Assembly: GCA_037927135.1 (NCBI GenBank)
Contig: JAXSPP010000001.1
Span: 268,938 to 332,937, forward strand
Source: Candidatus Pampinifervens sinense
GTDB taxonomy: Bacteria > Aquificota > Aquificia > Aquificales > Aquificaceae
DNA length: 64,000 bases
Direction of reading: 5' to 3'
The notes under the pieces are model-generated. The model had not been told where the DNA came from, searched no databases, and saw nothing but the letters and a program-made list of their open reading frames with translations. Below are positions 38,840-47,594 of this stretch, piece after piece. Made by a program: the position numbers and the translations under genes. Position 1 is the first letter of the stretch. Every line of letters starts with the position of its first letter.

Positions 38840-39786
38840 ACCTCCACAAAGGCTCCCATCTTTTCAAACTTTTTTATCCTATCTTCCACAATTTCCTCCG
38901 GCTTTAATCTCAAGAGGTCCCTTAGGTGCCTCCTTAAGAAGAACTTTAAAATCCTTGCGCTCCTTCTGTGGTCCCAATGGGAGGCTCCAAAGGGCTCGGG
39001 AATTATCTGGTCTATCACTCCAAGCTTTAAAAGGTCTTGGGCTGTAAGCTTTAGGGCTTTTGAGGCCTCCTTTACCTTGCTTTGGTCCTTCCAGAGGATG
39101 GCCGCACAGCCTTCTGGCGAGATAACAGAGTATATGGCATTCTCCAGCATTAGAACTCTGTTGGCCACCCCCAAGGCAAGGGCTCCGCCAGACCCACCTT
39201 CACCTATGATAACCGCTATGGTAGGAACTTTTAAGTAGCCAAAGATATACAGGCTTTGGGCTATGGCTCTTGATTGCCCCCTCTCTTCCGCACCTATGCC
39301 CGGGTATGCCCCCGGCGTATCTATAAAGGTTATTATGGGCATGCCGTATTTTTCCGCCAGCTCTGCCACCCTTATGGCCTTCCTATAGCCTTCTGGGTGT
39401 GGCATGCCAAAGTTTCTCTCCATCTTTTCCTTTGTTGTCCTTCCCTTTTCTTGTCCTATTAGGGCCACAGGCATGTGGTCAAAGTAGGCAAAGCCGGCCA
39501 TTATGGCCTTGTCATCCCCAAAACATCTGTCTCCGTGGAGTTCTATAAAGTTTTTGAAGATAAGGTTTATGTAGTCTATGGTGTGGGGCCTTTGGGGGTG
39601 CCTTGCAAGGAGAACCCTCTCCCAAGGGTCAAGCTTAGAATAGACCTCTTTTGCTTTCTTCTTAAACTCCCTTTGTAGCTTTCTTAGCTCCTTCTCCTTT
39701 TCTTTTTCTCCAAGGTCATAGAGCCTTTTTAGCTGTTCTATTTTTTGATAGAGCTCCTGGAGGTCCTTTTCAAAGTCTAAGAACAT
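38836..39786 (-). CDS. accA: Acetyl-CoA carboxylase carboxyltransferase alpha subunit
   Basis: ARHPQRP, ELHGDR, PEGYRKA, GEGGSGGAL, SVISPEG. Confidence 0.97.
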   Translation of the reverse strand: MFLDFEKDLQELYQKIEQLKRLYDLGEKEKEKELRKLQREFKKKAKEVYSKLDPWERVLLARHPQRPHTIDYINLIFKNFIELHGDRCFGDDKAIMAGFAYFDHMPVALIGQEKGRTTKEKMERNFGMPHPEGYRKAIRVAELAEKYGMPIITFIDTPGAYPGIGAEERGQSRAIAQSLYIFGYLKVPTIAVIIGEGGSGGALALGVANRVLMLENAIYSVISPEGCAAILWKDQSKVKEASKALKLTAQDLLKLGVIDQIIPEPFGASHWDHRRSARILKFFLRRHLRDLLRLKPEEIVEDRIKKFEKMGAFVEV

Positions 39787-39802
39787 CAAAAAAATTATAC
39801 CA

Positions 39803-39878
39803 TGGTAGGCGCGGGCGGATTTGAACCGCCGACCTCTGGCGTGTCGGGCCAGCGCTCTGCCAGCTGAGCTACGCGCCT
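39803..39878 (-). tRNA. tRNA-Val (anticodon GAC)
   Basis: AGGCGCG/CGCGCCT acceptor, anticodon arm CTGGC-CCGACAC-GCCAG, GGTTCAAATCC, encoded CCA. Confidence 0.95.
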
Positions 39879-39883
39879 TTAGA

Positions 39884-39897
39884 GTTATAATTATAAC
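39884..39897. promoter_or_regulatory. Palindrome GTTATAATTATAAC giving TATAAT on both strands (bidirectional promoter candidate for tRNA-Val and gmk)
   Basis: Perfect 14-bp palindrome in the 19-bp gap between divergent genes. Confidence 0.65.
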
Positions 39898-40533
39898 ATG
39901 CTATTCGTACTTTCTGCACCTTCCGGAACGGGCAAGACCACTGTGGCAGAAAGGTTGCTTAAAAGCTGTCCCGGTGTAAGAAGAATAATAACGGCCACCA
40001 CAAGGTCCAAAAGGGAAGGGGAAGTGCATGGAGTGGATTACCTTTTTATAAGCTATGAGGAGTTTAAAGAGAAGATAGAGGAAGGCTACTTTTTGGAGTA
40101 TGCGGAGGTTTACGGCCACTACTATGGCACTCCAAAGGACCAGGTGATAAGGAACGAAGAAGAAGGCGTAGACTCTCTTTTGGTCATAGATGTGCAAGGG
40201 GCAAAGAAGGTAAGGGAAACTTACAAGGATTCTATCCTCATCTTTTTGATGCCACCGAGCCTTGAAGAACTAAGAAGAAGACTGCTTACAAGGGGCTACG
40301 GCACAGAGAACTTGGAAAAGAGGCTAAGGAAGGCAGAAGAAGAAATAGCCTGTGCCAAGTACTTTGATTATATAGTGGTGAACGAGTTTATAGACAAGAC
40401 GGTGGAAGCCCTGTGCCACATAATCAAGGCACAAAGGCATAAAAAGGAAAACTTCTTTAAAAGGCCTACCCTTTTGGATGAAGAGATTCTTAGAATTATA
40501 AAAGAGGGCCAGTGCCACACCTTTGAAAGATGA
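39898..40533 (+). CDS. gmk: Guanylate kinase
   Basis: SAPSGTGKTT, TTRSKREGEVHGVDY, YYGTP, IDVQG. Confidence 0.96.
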   Translation: MLFVLSAPSGTGKTTVAERLLKSCPGVRRIITATTRSKREGEVHGVDYLFISYEEFKEKIEEGYFLEYAEVYGHYYGTPKDQVIRNEEEGVDSLLVIDVQGAKKVRETYKDSILIFLMPPSLEELRRRLLTRGYGTENLEKRLRKAEEEIACAKYFDYIVVNEFIDKTVEALCHIIKAQRHKKENFFKRPTLLDEEILRIIKEGQCHTFER

Positions 40534-40799
40534 TGGACATTGAAAAGGCTAAAGAGAAGCTAAGGGCTATGGGCTATGAAGGCATATACCTCTGGCAGGA
40601 CCCACCGGGCACTTACTATGATTGGCACACTCACCCAGAGGACGAGGTGCGATACATTCTGGAGGGTGAGATGACCATAGGGACTGAGGAAGGGGTTTAT
40701 CATCTAAAGGCTGGGGACCTATTAGAAGTGAAGGCTGGCACAAGGCATTGGGCAAAGACGGAGAAGGGAGTGAAGTATCTTTGTGGGAGTAGGAGATAA
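40530..40799 (+). CDS. Cupin-domain protein
   Basis: WHTHPEDEVRYILEGEM and GDLLEVKAGTRH motifs. Confidence 0.85.
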   Translation: MMDIEKAKEKLRAMGYEGIYLWQDPPGTYYDWHTHPEDEVRYILEGEMTIGTEEGVYHLKAGDLLEVKAGTRHWAKTEKGVKYLCGSRR

Positions 40800-40809
40800 T
40801 TAAAACCTT

Positions 40810-42387
40810 TTAGCCATATTTCTCCAGCCTTCCGTAGGTATAAACAAACTCTGCATCCACTTCCTTAGGCGCATCCTTTCTGTATTTGTTGACCGTATAT
40901 ACTATTACTCTGGCCCTATCTCTATTTAGATTAAGCACAGAATAGCCCCAGTTTTTCATATTGAGATGTTTTATCCAAGGGTTTTGTAGCATTTCTGCCC
41001 TTTCTACCTCTTCTATAGAAGTATAATTTGGCCAGTTTCTTTTCCACCAACCCATCTCTTTTGAATTAACAGAAGATATGGCTGGCGTCATAAACTCTGC
41101 ACCAAGCACTTCCTTTGGCTCTTGATAGCTGTCTGGAATCTCCGCTATAAATGTAGCATGTCTGTCTCCGGTTGAGATTAGTAAGTTTTTCATGCCTTCC
41201 CTCTTTAAAAAGTCCAGTATTTTTTGCCTTTCGCCCGCATAACCATCCCAAGCATCCAAAGAACCAAACTTGCCATCCACAAGGCTTTGAGAAAACTGCA
41301 CATCATTGCCCCAAACCTTCCAAACAAACTTATCTTCTTTTAACTTTTTCAAGAACCATCTTAGTTGGTCTTGGCCAAGCATGGTAGTCCTATACTGTTC
41401 TGCACAGCCGGGTGCACCATACTTTCCTCTGCAAGGCTGTTTGTCTCTGTAGCTTCTTCCATCGGTCATTATAAGATGGGCCAAGCTTCCTATTTTAAAG
41501 TCGCGGTAGATGGTTATCCATAGTAAGGGGTCTCTGTTTTGAAAGTTTGTCTTTACTCTGGCTGGTATATACTCAAGCCAAGCCTTTATGGAATCCAGCC
41601 TAAGCTGTAGCAATTTTTCCCTTTCTCTGATGGGATAGTCTCCAATCCAGTATTCCCTTTGGTAATTGTAGTAGTAGTCGTTTAGAAACTCATGGTCATC
41701 CCAAGTGTGCACAAAGGTATGCATGGCTCTGGCAAGTCTGATGTCTGGGTCGGAAAGGTAGGTTCTGTATAAGTATCTATAATCTTCCAAGTTTTGGACT
41801 ATGTTTGACCCTGACGGAAGCTCCAAAAGCCTGCCCGCCACCCTTGGTGGGCCGTATATCTTTTCGTATATAAAGTCTCCCAGATGAACCACCAATTGAA
41901 GGTCCTCTTGGGCCATATGCCTGTAGGCTGTAAAGTAGCCATCGGCGTAGTTCTGGCATGTGGCAAAGGCTATGCTTATATCTTGTGCCTCCTCTGGAAG
42001 AGTTTTTAACCTTCCTATCATAGAAGGCACATCTGCATAAACAAACCTGTAGTAATAGGTTCTTCCGGGTTGCAATTTTCCTTCCAGGTCTATCCTTACC
42101 GTGTGGTCATCTTTGGATGATATGCGGTCCCATGGTAGTCTTCCAGAAAATACAAGCCTTTTGAAGTCCATATCTTCCGATATTTGTAGGATTAGGTCCT
42201 TTTTCATCCTTTCATGCACCTTTGGGTTTATACGGGTCCAAAGGATGGCGCCGGTGTGCGTGGGGTCTGCGCTTGCCACACCTTGAGGGAATACCTCCTC
42301 CGTATCCATGGAAAAGCTAAGGCGGTTCAAGGACAAAAGCATTAGGGTGGCAAGGCTACCTTCCAAGAACTCCCTTCTTGTGATCAT
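40810..42387 (-). CDS. phoD: PhoD-family alkaline phosphatase/phosphodiesterase with Tat signal
   Basis: TRREFL Tat motif, FPQGVASADP, HLGDFIYE, WDDHEFLND, DAWDGY, TGDRH. Confidence 0.93.
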   Translation of the reverse strand: MITRREFLEGSLATLMLLSLNRLSFSMDTEEVFPQGVASADPTHTGAILWTRINPKVHERMKKDLILQISEDMDFKRLVFSGRLPWDRISSKDDHTVRIDLEGKLQPGRTYYYRFVYADVPSMIGRLKTLPEEAQDISIAFATCQNYADGYFTAYRHMAQEDLQLVVHLGDFIYEKIYGPPRVAGRLLELPSGSNIVQNLEDYRYLYRTYLSDPDIRLARAMHTFVHTWDDHEFLNDYYYNYQREYWIGDYPIREREKLLQLRLDSIKAWLEYIPARVKTNFQNRDPLLWITIYRDFKIGSLAHLIMTDGRSYRDKQPCRGKYGAPGCAEQYRTTMLGQDQLRWFLKKLKEDKFVWKVWGNDVQFSQSLVDGKFGSLDAWDGYAGERQKILDFLKREGMKNLLISTGDRHATFIAEIPDSYQEPKEVLGAEFMTPAISSVNSKEMGWWKRNWPNYTSIEEVERAEMLQNPWIKHLNMKNWGYSVLNLNRDRARVIVYTVNKYRKDAPKEVDAEFVYTYGRLEKYG

Positions 42388-42389
42388 AT

Positions 42390-43139
42390 CTATCCTCCTC
42401 CAAGGCGGTAGTCTATTTCTATTTCAAGCTCCAAGGGGGCCTTTGGGGGTGGTGGAAGCTTGGCAAGGGACCTTAACATTCTTATGGTTCCTTCGTCCAA
42501 ATACCTGCTTTGACTGCTCTTTATTATCCTTATATCTTCTATCCTTCCTTCCGAGTTTATCCTTAGCCTTACCACAAGAGTGCCTTCCTCACCCCTTCTT
42601 TTTGCCTCCTCTGGGTATCTTTTATTCCTCTCAATTATGGCCTTTACTTGACTGTAGTAGGCTATCATTTGGTCCTTAGACTCTTCCTTTTTGGCCGTTG
42701 GTAGCTCCCTTTTGACCTGTGGCCTCTCTACCTGCGCTTCTTTTTGAGGCTTCTCTTGGCTTGTTTCCTTCTCTTTATTTGAAGTGTCTTCTTTTGTTTC
42801 TTCTCTGGCTGTAATTTGTGTTTGGGCCTTTTCTGCTATGGGTATGGCCTCCTTTGGTGGTGCCACAGGCTCTTGTCTTACTTCCTGCTTTTGGGGAACA
42901 TTTTTTATAACCTTTTTAACCTCCTGCCTTTTGGGTGGTGTTTTTTGAGGTCTTGATTCTTTTGGGTTTGTAGTCTCCTGTGTGGGTGGTAGGGTGAGGA
43001 TGATCTCTACGGGCTTGGATCCACCACTTGGAAAGGTCATTTTGCTAACAGACATAAGCCAAGAGATAACAAAGGAAGAGAGGAGGGAAAGGCTTATGGA
43101 AAGAGCAAGGGCTTTGGGCCTGTCTTCTCTGAGGATCAT
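42390..43139 (-). CDS. tonB: Energy transducer TonB
   Basis: N-terminal TM, Pro/Lys/Glu-rich linker, YPEEAKRRGEEG C-terminal domain. Confidence 0.88.
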   Translation of the reverse strand: MILREDRPKALALSISLSLLSSFVISWLMSVSKMTFPSGGSKPVEIILTLPPTQETTNPKESRPQKTPPKRQEVKKVIKNVPQKQEVRQEPVAPPKEAIPIAEKAQTQITAREETKEDTSNKEKETSQEKPQKEAQVERPQVKRELPTAKKEESKDQMIAYYSQVKAIIERNKRYPEEAKRRGEEGTLVVRLRINSEGRIEDIRIIKSSQSRYLDEGTIRMLRSLAKLPPPPKAPLELEIEIDYRLGGG

Positions 43140-43558
43140 TTATTGTCGCCCACGATGCCTATGTTGTATATGCCCGATTCCTTTATGGCATCTATAACCT
43201 CTATAACTTTTTGCAGGTTCACTTCCTTATCTCCCACTATTAGAACGGTGGCCTTTTCTTTATCTTGCACATTCCTTAGGTAGTTTTTGAGGGCCTGTAG
43301 ACCCTCCTCCCTGTTTTCCAGAAGGACTCTTCCATCTTTGGATATATACACTTTGATAGGTTCTCTGAGGTCCTTCCTCTGCACCGTGGAAGAGGTAGGC
43401 ACTTTTATCTCTTGTAGCATCATGGGAAAAACGTTTAGGGTATAGACCATGAAAAAGACCAACAAAAACAGCATTACGTCTATCATAGGTATTATTTGTA
43501 TTTCTTCCTTCTGATGTTCCTCCTCCATAAGCAGTAAAAGTAAAGCCTTTTTATTCAT
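43136..43558 (-). CDS. exbD: Biopolymer transporter ExbD
   Basis: IIPMIDVMLFLLVFFMV, IVGDKEV. Confidence 0.9.
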   Translation of the reverse strand: MNKKALLLLLMEEEHQKEEIQIIPMIDVMLFLLVFFMVYTLNVFPMMLQEIKVPTSSTVQRKDLREPIKVYISKDGRVLLENREEGLQALKNYLRNVQDKEKATVLIVGDKEVNLQKVIEVIDAIKESGIYNIGIVGDNK

Positions 43559-43994
43559 TGCCTTCCTCCAAAAGGGACCTTAGAAGCTCAAGCTTTACTT
43601 CCTCTTTTATGGAAGATACTTTGGAATGGAAGAACTTGAAGAAGAAGTAAAACCAGAGGGACATGGCTATACCGAGGGCTGTGGCCCAAAGGGCTGTGCC
43701 TATGGCTGCGCTTATCTCACCTGCACCGCTCACACCTTTTGCGGCAAGCTGTTGAAAGGCTATTATAAGGGCCAATACGGTGCCCAAAAGGCCCACTATG
43801 GGAGAGACGGTGGCTGCAAAGTCCAAAAACCATAGCCTCCTTCTTATAGACTCTGCATGCTCAAGCCTTTTGTCCGCTGGACTGTTGGGCCTTCTTTTAA
43901 GCTGGAAGAAGTTCATAGCCACTAAATAGTTGCCAAAGGTGAAGATCAAAAGCATCAGTCCAAAAACTCCCTTATGGATAAGATCCAGCAACAT
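43551..43994 (-). CDS. exbB: ExbB/TolQ proton-channel protein (short form)
   Basis: SPIVGLLGTV, IGTALWATALGI. Confidence 0.88.
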   Translation of the reverse strand: MLLDLIHKGVFGLMLLIFTFGNYLVAMNFFQLKRRPNSPADKRLEHAESIRRRLWFLDFAATVSPIVGLLGTVLALIIAFQQLAAKGVSGAGEISAAIGTALWATALGIAMSLWFYFFFKFFHSKVSSIKEEVKLELLRSLLEEGNE

Positions 43995-43996
43995 GC

Positions 43997-46255
43997 TTAA
44001 AACCTCCCTCTTAGTCCTACAGAAAAGGTGAAGGGAGCGCCCACATAGTAGGTTCCAGAGGTTTCACCCGGCGATATCCTGCCTATGTACTTTTTATCCG
44101 TTAGGTTTATCACATCAAAGCAGAGGGTGAAGTTCTTTGTTATTCTTCTGTCCACAGAAAGGTTTATAAGGGTGTAAGAGCTAACCTTTTGTTTGTTGTC
44201 TACCGTTCCATACCTTGAGCCTATGTACTGCAAAGAAGGCCTTATATTAAAGCCAAATATTCTGTAATCTATGCCAAGCTTAAACATATGTTTTGGTGTG
44301 TCTGGAACTTGGTTGCCGCTTATACCACACACAGGATTGCCAGTAGAAAGGGTGGTGCAATCATCTTTGAATTCTGCCACGTTGTAGGAGTAAGAGCCAT
44401 AAAGGCTTAGGTCTTTGAAGGGTTTTGCACCCACTTCCAGTTCAAAGCCGTAGGCCTTTACCTTTCCTGCATTCCTAAGGTAGACCAAGTTCGGGTCGTT
44501 GGGGTCTGCAATCCTTATAAGCCTGTTTTTGTAATCGGTGTAATAGATGGCTGGCACCACATAAAGCTTGTCAAAGTCAAAACGCACGCCAAGGTCGTAG
44601 TTAACCGACTCTTCCGGCTTTAGCTGGTTTATAACAAACTGGGCATCTACATTGTTTGGTATGGTGCCTATAAAGTTGGGTGGCACTCTGAAGTTTTGGG
44701 AGAAGGCAAAATATGGGTATATGTGGTCGGTGAGTTTGTAACCTACTCCAAAGTTAAACAACACCTTCCTGTAGGTTTTTGAGTAGGAAAGTCTTGGGTC
44801 CTTGGTGAGGTTTGGATGGTCAAATATATCATCCTCGGGCATGTAGGGAAGGCCTGTAGTGTTGTAGTTGGTAAATTCTCTCTTTACCTGTGCAAACCTT
44901 ATGCCTGCGTTTATGTCAAGCCTGCCCAAAAGCTCGGGGGCTTCATAGAAGATGAAGGGTGTGTTAGTGGTGGTTATGGTCTTTTGGATATAGTTGTACC
45001 TAAAGCTGGGCGTGCCTAAGGTATTAATAAGCAGAGTGTAAGAGCCGTCGGGCTGTACCCTCACTGGGAAGGAGGGTTGCCACTGTTTTAGCTCTGCCCT
45101 CTCATACCAATAGCCCAAGGTAAACTCACCATAAGAACTTTTAAAGTTTAGGTTTAGGATGGCTCCGGGCCTGTCGGTGTAGTTAAAGGATTCTCTGAAG
45201 GCTATGTAGGTGTTGCCACCGCTTGTGAAAGTTGTGGCGCTTGTTCCACTTCCTCTTCCTATCCACATGTAGGGCTTAAAGGTAAGCTTTAGCCAGTTGG
45301 TTATATCAAGCTCTACGTTGGCCCTTAGCTGTTGGTTGTCGTAAGGGTTTTTGTAGAACTTGTAATAGGCTACGTTGTTGTCTCTTATGGTCTGGTTATT
45401 ATGCACAAGGCCGTTTCCTCCGGGGAATATAAGGCTTGGGCTGTAATCAAACCTTCTGAACTGGTCCAAGTTTTGGGCCTGCTGGTAGTTTAGCCCTCTG
45501 TAGAAGTAGTTTAGCTGGGTGTTTTTGTCGTAGTAGAACTCCCAAAAGAGCCTGCCCAAGTTTTGGGTAATGCCTATGGTATAGTGGTCTCTAAAGTCTG
45601 GATGCTTGCCCGGCCCTTTCCACTTGTCCGCCTCCGTATGGGAGTAGGAGCCAAAGGCCCTAATACCAAAGGGTAGCCTACCCGTATCCACCCTGAAGAA
45701 ATACTTTCTAAACTCGTTGGTGCCAAACTTTGGGAAGATGGTAATACCAAACTCGTTGGCGGGTGGCTTTGTCCTTATCCTTATGGCTCCTCCCACCTCT
45801 GTATAGAAGGGGCTCTTTTTGCTGACCGCACCCCTCTCTATGGTAATGCTCTCTAAGTTTTCTACGTCCGCATACTCGTGTGGGTATATGGCAAAGTTTC
45901 CAGAATCGTTTAGTGGCATATCATCTATGCTTATGCCTATCTGGGTGTTATCAAAGCCTCTGAGCCTAACGGAACCACCACCAAGGCCGTAGGCATCGTC
46001 CGTTTGAACGTTCAAGGAAGGTGTTAGCTCTATAGCTCTAAACACATTCACTCCGCCTGCGCCAGTACCCCTTTGAAGCTACTTTTCCTTTACCGTTGTC
46101 TCCGTCTTTGGCTTTGCCTTTTTCCTTTCCACTGGTATTTCAGGAGCCTCCCTTTCCTTTTCCTCTTGCACCTGTATTTTTATCCTTGGAGCCTCTTGAG
46201 CAATGGCCACACCCACACAGAAGATACCGCTCAGAAGCACAATCCTTTTTGTCAT
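43997..46255 (-). pseudogene. TonB-dependent receptor interrupted by an in-frame TAG at codon 59 (46079-46081)
   Basis: RBS AGGAGG and ATG 46255 give signal peptide MTKRIVLLSGIFCVGVAIA in frame with ORF 43997-46051 (plug LRGF..IDDMPL, IERG, GGAI; NLTDKKY; terminal Phe). Confidence 0.85.
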
Positions 46256-46604
46256 GGCAATCTACCTCCTTGTTGAAAGTTATTGTTTCTTCCCACATTA
46301 ACCGAGCTTGGACTTAGGCCTATCATACAAGGGCTTCCGTCTTCTCTCTCAAGGCTTAGGGCCACATTTCCGCTAAAACCAAACTGGGGAGTGATGGTTA
46401 GGGTGGTGTTTGTACTTTGTCCTGCTTGCACACTCAAAGTGTTGGGGTTTAGGCTTATGCTAAAGTCTGGCTTGGGGTTCTCCAAAAGGGAGGAGCTCAC
46501 TCCGCCAAAGCCTCCCCCACAGGAAGATACGAGCAAAGCAACGGTCAGAATAAACAAACTGTATATTACTCTAACCTAAACAAACTGTATATTACTCTAA
46601 CCAT
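46252..46604 (-). pseudogene. Lipoprotein with Ig-like beta-strand segment, frameshifted by a 26-bp duplication in its signal peptide
   Basis: GGAGG RBS and ATG 46604; removing one repeat copy gives MVRVIYSLFILTVALLVSSC (lipobox) then DFSISLNPNTLSVQAGQS..FGFSGNVALS. Confidence 0.75.
46551..46602. repeat. Perfect 26-bp tandem duplication TAAACAAACTGTATATTACTCTAACC x2
   Basis: Identical copies at 46551-46576 and 46577-46602. Confidence 0.97.
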
Positions 46605-46644
46605 GGCACACCTCCTACCTTTACCATAAGCATATCAACCTTTT

Positions 46645-46683
46645 GTTAAGACTGGGTTAAGGTTTGGTTAAGATTTTGTTAAG
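46645..46683 (-). promoter_or_regulatory. Four CTTAAC direct repeats at 11-bp period; Pho-box-like site
   Basis: GTTAAG on + at 46645, 46656, 46667 and 46678, upstream of a phoD-containing operon. Confidence 0.75.
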
Positions 46684-46709
46684 AGGCTTTTTGGTATAAT
46701 TGAGCTTAT

Positions 46710-47594
46710 ATGCTTATAAAAAACCTTGACCTATGGCCCTACACCACCATACGCATAGGGGGCAAGGCTCTGTATTTTTGTGAGCCAAAGGACCTTGAAG
46801 AACTGAAGTATGCCATCTTTTTTGCCTTGGATAAATCCTTACCCATCTTTATCCTTGGCAGGGGTTCTAACACCATCTTTGGTGATTTTGAAGGTCTGGT
46901 TATAAGCATGAGAAGGTTTGAAGGCTTTGAGGTAAGGAGGGAAGGGGACCTTTTTTATATTACAGCCCAGGCTGGAGTGCTTCTTTCCAAGCTTGTGTCC
47001 TTTTCTTTGAAAGAAGGCCTTGAAGGCTTCTATAGGCTTGTGGGCTTTCCCGCCACCGTTGGTGGTGCCATAGCCATGAACGCAGGAGCCTTTGGCTATG
47101 AAATAAGCAAACATCTCAAAGAGGTGGTCTTTTTGGATTGGGAAGGGAGGCTTCAGAGGGCAAGGAAAGAAGAGCTTAGCTTTTCTTACAGGTCCTCTCC
47201 CTTTCCAGAGCTTGGGGTCGTCCTTGCTGGGACTTTTGTGGTGTCAAAGGCAAGGGGGAATATAGTGGAGGAATATAAGGCCATAAGGGAGAAGAGGGCA
47301 AGCAAACAGCCCTTAAACCTTCCCACCTGCGGGTCTACCTTTAAGAACCCGCCAGGGCACTTTGCCGGCAGGCTTTTAGAAGAGGTGGGGATGAAGGGCT
47401 ACAGGGTGGGGGATGTGGCCTTCTCAGAAAAGCATGCCAACTTTTTGGTAAACCTTGGAAGGGGCACCTACCAGGAGGTGCTTAAAATAATCCAAGAGGC
47501 AAAGAGAAGGGTTTTTGAAAGCTTTGGTATAAGCTTGGAAGAGGAGGTAAGGCTAATTGAAAGTGGTTGTGCTTATGGGAGGAAGGTCCAGTGA
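46710..47594 (+). CDS. murB: UDP-N-acetylmuramate dehydrogenase
   Basis: IGGKA, LGRGSN, GGAIAMNAGA, GSTFKNP, SEKHANF. Confidence 0.95.
   Translation: MLIKNLDLWPYTTIRIGGKALYFCEPKDLEELKYAIFFALDKSLPIFILGRGSNTIFGDFEGLVISMRRFEGFEVRREGDLFYITAQAGVLLSKLVSFSLKEGLEGFYRLVGFPATVGGAIAMNAGAFGYEISKHLKEVVFLDWEGRLQRARKEELSFSYRSSPFPELGVVLAGTFVVSKARGNIVEEYKAIREKRASKQPLNLPTCGSTFKNPPGHFAGRLLEEVGMKGYRVGDVAFSEKHANFLVNLGRGTYQEVLKIIQEAKRRVFESFGISLEEEVRLIESGCAYGRKVQ

Noticed and set aside
46079..46081. Programmed recoding (pyrrolysine or selenocysteine) at the receptor stop
   Set aside because: The codon is TAG, not TGA, so Sec does not apply; no pyl genes in the window; TAG is used as an ordinary stop here (e.g. 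purE)
46551..46683. Direct repeats considered as a mini-CRISPR or replication iterons
   Set aside because: The 26-bp copies have no spacer and lie in a coding frame; the 11-bp repeats are too short; no cas or rep genes nearby
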